Shown here: positions 56,996 through 64,000 of the stretch, in pieces
Layout of the letters: each line of letters begins with the position of its first letter
Numbering within the stretch: the stretch's first letter is position 1
Assembly (NCBI GenBank): GCA_017625535.1
Contig: JAGAKR010000029.1
Span: 229 to 64,228, forward strand
Origin: Bacteroidales bacterium
GTDB lineage: Bacteria; Bacteroidota; Bacteroidia; Bacteroidales; UBA932
Direction: 5' to 3'
DNA length: 64,000 nt
Position numbers and translations under genes: made by a program
The notes under the pieces: generated by a model
Told to the model about the DNA's origin: nothing
Seen by the model: the letters and a program-made list of their open reading frames with translations, nothing else
Database searches by the model: none

Positions 56996-58852
56996 ATGAG
57001 AACCAAATTATTTGTTATCGCCCTTTTGGCAGGAATTATGGCAGTATCCTGCACTAAAGAAGAAGTTCTTGTTCCTGCAGACCAGCCTACCGCACAGATG
57101 GCTGACGCATATTTCACTTTTGATATAGTATCGGGAGTAAACTCTACAAGATCCGTTGCTGGAAACCCAACAGGTGACACACACGGAAATGCTGACGACA
57201 GCGGACATTCACACGCAGGTACAGCAGGTGAAAATACAGTATCAAAAATAATGCTGGTATTCTACAATACCAGTGACGAGACTGCAAATGGTGACGGACT
57301 TGCAAAGACATATGTAATTGGGGAGAATGTTTCTGTAGGTATACAAAAGAACGCAGACGGAAGTTATACCCCATCCGAGAGTTTTATGGTAAACACTACC
57401 GGTACATATAAGGTAATGGTTGTTGCCAACCCTCCTGCTGCATTGGCAGAACAGACTGCAACCAACTCTTCTGCTGCAAAGGCAATCTATGATGCTATCC
57501 TAAACGGATCATACGATGGTGCCGTAAGCGGACTTATGGGTGAGAATGCAGACTATTTCATGATGGCGAACCAGAGTGAGGTTACAATAAACGTTACAGT
57601 TTCAAACAACAAAGATAACCCTGCGAGACCTGCAAGTGCAATAAATGTAGAGCGCGTTCTGGCAAAAGCTACATACCGCCAGGTTGCTGAAAACAATGAG
57701 TACACCATTAAAGCAGACAAATACAAATACACCATATCTACAGTTCCTGCATGGGTAAAGAATTCTGATGGAAGTTATACATACTTCAGTTCAGGTTTTG
57801 CGGCAGGAACAACCAACGAGAAGAACCTTAACGACAGAACCCCTATTTACGTTGCCGTAATAAATGGAGTTACCAGATACTTTACAAGCACAAGCGAGTA
57901 TACAAGTTATGTAAACGACGAGCAGTTTACAGCAAAATTGATGGTTGAGAATACTGAACTGGCATCAAAAGAGGGATTCTACCCATTGTATTCAGCAGTT
58001 AAAGAGGTTACTGCAAACGGTCAGTCAGAGTACAAAGTGAAACTTATGGAGTATGCACTTGTAAACCTTAACAACGCCACCTATTATGTACGCCATACAG
58101 GTGCACAGGCAGCCTCTCCTTTCGGAACTTTGGGCACAGGCAACTTCCTGTTCGATCCTAATTCATCATACAAAAATACGGCAAATGACTTTGACGGAGC
58201 AAACTACTTTGCAAATGCCTGGACAACTTACCAGAATGCCGTATCTACACTTCCTTTCAAGGCATTGCCAGGTGCAGATGCAGACCACGGTGCAGTATCA
58301 AACGCAGATGAGGCAACAACTGTAGGAGGCCTGTTGGGATATATGTTTGAGAATGGCATTACAGCAGATTTCCAGACAATGGACAAGACCACCAGCATAG
58401 TATTCAAAGGACAGATTCTTGATGAGGGTGGCAATGCAGTTACATTGTTCAAGTACGACGAGTCATACTATAAGGACCTTGAGGCATTGTTCAACGACGT
58501 AAACGGCCTTCCAGGCAACTGGACAACCCAGCAGTATCTCAACGGCACAATTGACGCTGAGGATCTTAAAGGAATCGGCATCTCAGTATACGAGAACGGT
58601 TACTGCTACTACGCAGCCCAGATAAAACACTTCGATGACGGCAATGCAGAGACAGCAGGTCCTAATGAGTTCATCAAAATGCGAAACAACGTTTACTCAG
58701 TAGCTGTAACAAGCGTAGACAAATTCGGATTCAGCGAGATGGAGATGGTTGAACTTGAGAATGCAATTGAGGGTGGAAGTGAGAGCATATATCTTACTCT
58801 TGAGGCAAAAATCCTCCCTTGGATAGTAAGATTTACAGATGTAGAGTTCTAA
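56996..58852 (+). CDS. Type V pilus major (stalk) subunit, Mfa1/FimA-superfamily lipoprotein
   Basis: The 618-aa product has the lipobox MAVSC and an Arg at position 52 in ..GVNSTR/SVAG, where pilin prosequences are normally cleaved. The C-terminal strand reads ILPWIVRFTDVEF. Confidence 0.8.
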   Translation: MRTKLFVIALLAGIMAVSCTKEEVLVPADQPTAQMADAYFTFDIVSGVNSTRSVAGNPTGDTHGNADDSGHSHAGTAGENTVSKIMLVFYNTSDETANGDGLAKTYVIGENVSVGIQKNADGSYTPSESFMVNTTGTYKVMVVANPPAALAEQTATNSSAAKAIYDAILNGSYDGAVSGLMGENADYFMMANQSEVTINVTVSNNKDNPARPASAINVERVLAKATYRQVAENNEYTIKADKYKYTISTVPAWVKNSDGSYTYFSSGFAAGTTNEKNLNDRTPIYVAVINGVTRYFTSTSEYTSYVNDEQFTAKLMVENTELASKEGFYPLYSAVKEVTANGQSEYKVKLMEYALVNLNNATYYVRHTGAQAASPFGTLGTGNFLFDPNSSYKNTANDFDGANYFANAWTTYQNAVSTLPFKALPGADADHGAVSNADEATTVGGLLGYMFENGITADFQTMDKTTSIVFKGQILDEGGNAVTLFKYDESYYKDLEALFNDVNGLPGNWTTQQYLNGTIDAEDLKGIGISVYENGYCYYAAQIKHFDDGNAETAGPNEFIKMRNNVYSVAVTSVDKFGFSEMEMVELENAIEGGSESIYLTLEAKILPWIVRFTDVEF

Positions 58853-58932
58853 AACACAAAAGTTCATTGGGGGAGGGATCTCCCTCCCTCCTTCAAAAAC
58901 TTAAAACAAGAAACCAAACAAAGAAAGACAGC

Positions 58933-59979
58933 ATGAAAACCAAAATAAACTTTATCAAACGATATACTTTCAGCGCAGTGGCAGCACTACTGTTAGGGAG
59001 TTCTCTAGTCTCTTGCGACGCAATTCTGGACGAGAAAGAGGTTGACTGTTCCGTAAATTATAGCGTTAAGTTCAAGTACGACTATAATATGAAATATGCA
59101 GATGCATTTGCCAATGAAGTAAAATCAGTTACTCTATATGCATTTGACAACAATGGCAAACTGGTATATCAGAAAACAGAGGAGGGAGATGTATTAAAAC
59201 AGGAGGGATATGCAATGGATGTTGACATGGATCCGGGCAACTACCACCTCATTGCATGGGCAGGTTTGAATGACGATGATTCTTTCTCTGTACCTTTGGT
59301 TTCACAGGGGGCAAGCATAGAGGATCTGAAATGCAGAATGGACAGGGTCTATACCAAAGCAGAGGGTGACGGCGGAATCATCAACACCAAATTGTCATCT
59401 CTGTTCCACGGACAGGTTACAAACCAGAATTTTACAACACGTGCAGCAATCAATCAGGAGATAGTTGTTCCATTGGTAAAGAATACCAACACCGTAAAGA
59501 TAATCCTCCATCAGATGGACGGTGTAAGAATCCCTGCTGAGGATCTGGAGTTCACAATTTCAGACAACAACGGCCTTATGGACTATGACAACTCCCTTAT
59601 GGAGGATGAACAGTTGACCTATTACTCATACCACCACGAATCTGGAAATGTGGTTGAGGCATCTGCAACAAAATCGGGCGAAACCACCAACATCAGCTTC
59701 GCAACCGCAGAACTTACAGTAGGAAGACTTGTAGAGAGCCAGAATGCAATCCTTACTATCAGAAACAAGGCTACAGACGAGACAGTGCTCCGTATTCCTG
59801 TAATAAAGATGTTCCTTTTGGCAAAACTTCAGGGACAGTATGATATGGACAACCAGGAGTATCTGGACAGACAGGACGAGTACAAAATGACATTCTTCCT
59901 GGATGAGAACATGAAATGGATTGATTCCCAAATTATAATAAATGAGTGGATTGTGAGATTCGACGACATGAGTTTCTAA
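58933..59979 (+). CDS. FimB/Mfa2-family pilus anchor/terminator lipoprotein
   Basis: The start was chosen at MKTKINFIKRYTFSAVAALLLGSSLVSC. The segment VKFKYDYNMKYADAFANEVKSVTLYAFD is Mfa2-typical. The product ends INEWIVRFDDMSF. Confidence 0.8.
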   Translation: MKTKINFIKRYTFSAVAALLLGSSLVSCDAILDEKEVDCSVNYSVKFKYDYNMKYADAFANEVKSVTLYAFDNNGKLVYQKTEEGDVLKQEGYAMDVDMDPGNYHLIAWAGLNDDDSFSVPLVSQGASIEDLKCRMDRVYTKAEGDGGIINTKLSSLFHGQVTNQNFTTRAAINQEIVVPLVKNTNTVKIILHQMDGVRIPAEDLEFTISDNNGLMDYDNSLMEDEQLTYYSYHHESGNVVEASATKSGETTNISFATAELTVGRLVESQNAILTIRNKATDETVLRIPVIKMFLLAKLQGQYDMDNQEYLDRQDEYKMTFFLDENMKWIDSQIIINEWIVRFDDMSF

Positions 59980-60000
59980 CAAGGAAAATACAGCAAAGTT

Positions 60001-61056
60001 ATGAAAACATTAGTATCAAGACTATTCCTGATTGCGGTTGGCTGTATTGCACTCTTGTCCTGCTCAAAGGAAGATACGATGGGTAATGTAGAGAGCATGA
60101 TAGATGTACGTCTGTCGCTCTCAATCTCGGGAACGGCATACACCAAAGATACAGACAACAGAAATGCCACCCTGGATTACACTACAGACAACCAGAACAA
60201 AATCAGTGACCTTTACATATTGTTGGTGGACAGAAACAACAAGTTCCAATATCTTGTAGATGAGCTTTTAGTTCAGAATGCCGAAAACACACTGTACAGA
60301 GGATATATGGAGAAGCCCCAGGCAGGGTCAAGACTGGTGCTGCTTGCAAATATAAACCAGCAGGGGTTTGGAGGCAATGCAAATACAGCAACCTGGCTTG
60401 AAGGGTTCAAAGGACAGGATGTAAAGAACATATACGACAGTGCCATAATGGACAACTCCACAGGCAACTGGGACCTTACAGACAAAAGCATACCTATGTG
60501 GGGGGAAGTGCAGATTGGAGAAGCGGTATCCGGCAATGTATCACTATCCTGCAACTTATACAAGGCACTTGCCAAAATAAACATTTGGGTGAATGAGAAA
60601 CAGGGTATAGAGGGGTTTGTGATTACCAAGGTAGTGGTAAAGAATTCTTTGGACAAAGGATATTGTATTTCACAATCACAGCTTAGTCCCGACATAAACA
60701 TCCAGTACCAGACGCCATATGTACCGGCAGATGCCAGAAACAGGATAGCACATGCAGAGTACACCGGATTATCTGTGACAGATGCCTACTCAGATATGAT
60801 TTACACAGTTGAGCAGAACAACAGTGCAGAAGGGATGAATGCCATCACAATAGATGTACATTACACAATGGATGGAGAGGCAGGAGTTGGAACAATCCAA
60901 TTCAAAGATGACAAGAACGAGGCATTTGATGTAATAAGAAACCACTCATACATATTCAACATAACAAAAGTGAGTGGAGTGGAGACCAATGTATCTCTCA
61001 TATATGATGTTGTTGATTATTACGACATCCACAAAATAAACATAGGATTCAACTGA
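60001..61056 (+). CDS. Fimbrillin-family accessory/tip pilin lipoprotein
   Basis: The 351-aa product has the lipobox LLSC. FimA-superfamily hallmarks are present (IPMWGE, LYKALAKINIWV, RNHSYIFNIT). Confidence 0.7.
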   Translation: MKTLVSRLFLIAVGCIALLSCSKEDTMGNVESMIDVRLSLSISGTAYTKDTDNRNATLDYTTDNQNKISDLYILLVDRNNKFQYLVDELLVQNAENTLYRGYMEKPQAGSRLVLLANINQQGFGGNANTATWLEGFKGQDVKNIYDSAIMDNSTGNWDLTDKSIPMWGEVQIGEAVSGNVSLSCNLYKALAKINIWVNEKQGIEGFVITKVVVKNSLDKGYCISQSQLSPDINIQYQTPYVPADARNRIAHAEYTGLSVTDAYSDMIYTVEQNNSAEGMNAITIDVHYTMDGEAGVGTIQFKDDKNEAFDVIRNHSYIFNITKVSGVETNVSLIYDVVDYYDIHKINIGFN

Positions 61057-61106
61057 TCCTTGCATATAAATTGAATGAAACCTGATAAAAATTAAGAATC
61101 GATAAT

Positions 61107-63878
61107 ATGAAGACTTTAAACTATATATGGGTATTGTTGGCAGGAATGCTCTTTTTCTCTTGCGAAAGGGCAGAGATGGAGACAAACACCCCTGTAGGAA
61201 ATGAGCCAGGGATGGAGACCAGCATTTCCCTTAAAGTAGGGATGCCAGAGATGGAGAAGGCAATGACTAAAGCCGGTGAGAGTTATGAGGAGTACCTGGA
61301 GTATGTATCCAATCTTCTGGTAGTTGTATTCAACGCAGACGGATCTTTCCATCTTGCACACGAGCAGTCATACAACCACAACAAAGGTACAGACAGAGTT
61401 GACATCCAAAGCATAGAGAGCGGAAAGAAATACATATATGCTGTTGCCAATACAAATTCTTCTTTGTTCAATGACAACAGTACAGACCTTACTGCCCTCC
61501 TTAAGGCAGAGGCACTGAAAGGCAGAGAGAGTTTCCTTAATGCAGCAGTTGGAATGTACCAGGAGTTTGAGGGAATTACAGAGGGCAGATTCCTTATGAG
61601 CGGAAAATATGTGGCTCCTTCAAATGATGCGGGCGACGGTTCTGTAACCATTCCAAGAAACGGCGGCACATTGCAGGGTGTAATTGAGCTGGTACGTCTT
61701 CAGGCAACTGTTGTATTCAGCATCAAGGCCGGAGAGGGTGTAAAATTCACTCCAGAGCACTTCCAGATATGCAACCTTCCAAAGAATTCAAACCTGTTTG
61801 AGAAGACATCTGATGTAGCAGATTGCGGTTATTTCAATACCGAGATGCTTACATACGACAGTTTCAAAGACAGCATCTTCTTCTATCCTCTTGAGAACAG
61901 GAAACAGGCTGCAGGAAATGTAACTGCATTCAGAGACCGTATGGATCTGGCAAATGCCAACTCTACATATGTAGTGATAAAGGGATCATATTCTGGCAAG
62001 GCAGACCATTATACAGATTTTGACAAAGAGCAGTACTCAGGACAGGAGAATGCAGAGGCAAAGGTTACATATTACATTCCTCTTGGATATGTAAACGGGA
62101 ACCTTAATGACTACAATGTAAGGAGAAATACAAAATATATCTACAACATTACTGTAAACGGTATAGATGATATAGTTCTTGAGGTAGTTTCAGAGGGTGA
62201 CAAGAGCAGCGTTGAGGATGGTGATGTAATTTACCTGAACGGCGGTAAAGTGATAGATCTTGACGCACACTATGCAAGCGGTATTCTTACATTCAACAAG
62301 GCAGATCTTGAGAGCAAGAGCGAGATTACATACAAAGTGAAATCTCCGTATACAAGCGGTTACCAGACAGGTGTGGATTCTGATTGGGTTAAGTTTGTGA
62401 TAAACGGAAAACGCCAGGGTGTATATTCACAGCAAGTGGTGGATTATCCTGGAGACAACAGCAGCAATCTGTTGTCTGTAGGGGACCTGATGGAGAATCT
62501 CAGGGATGCGGAGACTCTTGGCCTGTTTGACAATAATGATGAGATAGTTGTAAGCTGCTATGTAAATGAGTACTATTATGAGGACAAGGCAACTGAGTGG
62601 CACAAATGGGTGAATACAGAGAACCGTGAGATGCTGATCCTTTGCGATACCAAGGCAGGAAACGGCAGCAGCCTTACAGAGGGCACTTATATTATCCGCC
62701 AGAAATCTATCCAAACCATTTTCAAGACCGACGGCTCTTTGACAAGTGCTTGGGGTACAGAGTGGTTCAATGAGACTGACAATATACAGCCAAACTACGG
62801 AATAAATTCAGACAATGCAGACTGGAACAGTTCTACAGCAAATTTTGCCACATTCAATAATGACGGAAGAAGAAACATGATCTCTGAAGTTTATAATAAC
62901 GGCAACCAGAGGGCTGACTGGGATGACATTACAACCTGGAACTGGGACTGGGATCCTCAGACAACTGCAGGAGAGTACAGGAAGGCATATCTTGCTTGTA
63001 TGAGCAGGAACAGGGATGCAGACGGCGACGGCGAGTTTGACCAGAATGAAATCAAATGGTACCTGGCATCTGTAAACCAGTATCAGGACCTTTGGATTGG
63101 AAATGCCGGCATTAACCAGGATGCACACCTTTACACTTATCCTGCAACACCGGTGGTAACCCACTACTTCAGCAACTCAAAAGGACAGATTTTCTGGGCA
63201 GAAGAGGGTGCGGCAGTATCTCCATACAATGAGCACGGAGGACGTTTCAACGACGACAGAAAGCACGCGATCCGTTGTTTGAGGAACCTTAACGTGGAGA
63301 CTCCTGCAGACCAGAGCAAATATGTAGCATCACAGAATGATGTGCTCCAGGTTGACTATGCAACAGTAAAACAGGTAAACGGCAAATATGTTGTTGAACT
63401 GGATGGCTTGAATTCAAACGCACTGCGCAATTACAGGACTGAGATGCTTACCAGACACACAGAGAGGGAGGAGCAGAACAAGCCGTTTGCATCATTTACA
63501 ATTAATGATGAACTTACCAGACCATCAGACCTGAGAAACGGCCAATACACCTGGACAAACATCATAGACAGCGGCAAGGATGGAGATTACGGTTGTCCTG
63601 ACGGTTACAGAATCCCTTCACAGAAAGAGCTTATCCTTATGCTCTCAAAGGTGAATGATTCAGACTACCATAATGATGAGGTACTTTCAATGACACGCTC
63701 ATCATTTGCACCAAACCAGACCGGCTACCCATGGCATCCGCTCCGATACACAGTTGGAGGTTATGCAATTCACAATTACAATCCGTTCATGTGCGTATTG
63801 GTAACAGATATAAACAATATAAATAACAACACAGTAAACCACAGCAACTATTGGTTGCGCTGTGTAAAAGACAATTAA
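61107..63878 (+). CDS. Large pilus tip/adhesin-like lipoprotein: N-terminal fimbrillin-like domains plus a C-terminal lectin-like (DUF1566/Fib_succ-like) domain
   Basis: The 923-aa product has the lipobox FFSC and the fimbrillin-like segments LVRLQATVVFSI and RRNTKYIYNITV. The C-terminus reads GYRIPSQKELILM...NYWLRCVKDN. Confidence 0.75.
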   Translation: MKTLNYIWVLLAGMLFFSCERAEMETNTPVGNEPGMETSISLKVGMPEMEKAMTKAGESYEEYLEYVSNLLVVVFNADGSFHLAHEQSYNHNKGTDRVDIQSIESGKKYIYAVANTNSSLFNDNSTDLTALLKAEALKGRESFLNAAVGMYQEFEGITEGRFLMSGKYVAPSNDAGDGSVTIPRNGGTLQGVIELVRLQATVVFSIKAGEGVKFTPEHFQICNLPKNSNLFEKTSDVADCGYFNTEMLTYDSFKDSIFFYPLENRKQAAGNVTAFRDRMDLANANSTYVVIKGSYSGKADHYTDFDKEQYSGQENAEAKVTYYIPLGYVNGNLNDYNVRRNTKYIYNITVNGIDDIVLEVVSEGDKSSVEDGDVIYLNGGKVIDLDAHYASGILTFNKADLESKSEITYKVKSPYTSGYQTGVDSDWVKFVINGKRQGVYSQQVVDYPGDNSSNLLSVGDLMENLRDAETLGLFDNNDEIVVSCYVNEYYYEDKATEWHKWVNTENREMLILCDTKAGNGSSLTEGTYIIRQKSIQTIFKTDGSLTSAWGTEWFNETDNIQPNYGINSDNADWNSSTANFATFNNDGRRNMISEVYNNGNQRADWDDITTWNWDWDPQTTAGEYRKAYLACMSRNRDADGDGEFDQNEIKWYLASVNQYQDLWIGNAGINQDAHLYTYPATPVVTHYFSNSKGQIFWAEEGAAVSPYNEHGGRFNDDRKHAIRCLRNLNVETPADQSKYVASQNDVLQVDYATVKQVNGKYVVELDGLNSNALRNYRTEMLTRHTEREEQNKPFASFTINDELTRPSDLRNGQYTWTNIIDSGKDGDYGCPDGYRIPSQKELILMLSKVNDSDYHNDEVLSMTRSSFAPNQTGYPWHPLRYTVGGYAIHNYNPFMCVLVTDINNINNNTVNHSNYWLRCVKDN

Positions 63879-63967
63879 GAATTAAGCATACAACCATATA
63901 TATAGTTAATAAATAGGTTAGACGTCAATTATCGGGAGATAATTTTTACATTAGGTTTTCATGCGTA

Positions 63968-64000
63968 AGGTGCCGTTGAGAAACGGCACCTTTATTATTT
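63968..64000 (+). terminator. Rho-independent terminator after the pilus operon
   Basis: A perfect 10-bp stem (aggtgccgtt / aacggcacct) with loop gaga is followed by ttattattt. The window ends here. Confidence 0.75.

Noticed and set aside
63968-63991. A GC-rich 10-bp hairpin with a 4-nt loop downstream of the tip-protein gene, considered as a DGR target-recognition cruciform
   Set aside because: It lies about 90 bp beyond the stop codon rather than abutting the putative variable region, and it is followed by a T-rich tract. An ordinary rho-independent terminator is the simpler reading.

Overview
The 64-kb window looks like Bacteroidota (Bacteroidales-type) chromosome. This rests on a SusC/SusD pair, type V (Mfa/FimA-class) pilus genes, a hybrid two-component regulator, many lipoproteins, and recurrent TAnnTTTG -7 promoter boxes. 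Most of it is densely packed housekeeping DNA. It holds tRNA-Gly and tRNA-Leu, an outer-membrane biogenesis cluster (OstA-like, SurA-like), a murein-peptide recycling pair, and guaB, rpsO, pnp and glyA. It also holds a dnaB-DUF3108-rseC-rnfBCDGEA block, NIF3/COG1579, two M23 peptidases, alaS, two LptF/G permeases, fmt, tgt, a NupC-type transporter and a queG-GSCFA-rubredoxin operon. Two stretches look accessory. The first (15.7-17.9 kb) is a self-contained lipoprotein / radical SAM-SPASM / lipoprotein operon of unknown function. The second (48.2-64 kb) starts with a hybrid two-component regulator whose ATP-binding boxes look degenerate, followed by an unknown lipoprotein and a DUF3575/DUF3868 outer-membrane pair. 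It continues with a monocistronic soluble GAF histidine kinase and a four-gene type V pilus operon. The last pilus gene encodes a 923-aa tip protein with a lectin-like, Asn(AAC)-rich C-terminus. I saw no CRISPR array, rRNA, transposase, integrase or recognisable defence system. All functional calls come from reading the supplied translations for motifs. No database search was possible, and family names are from memory.
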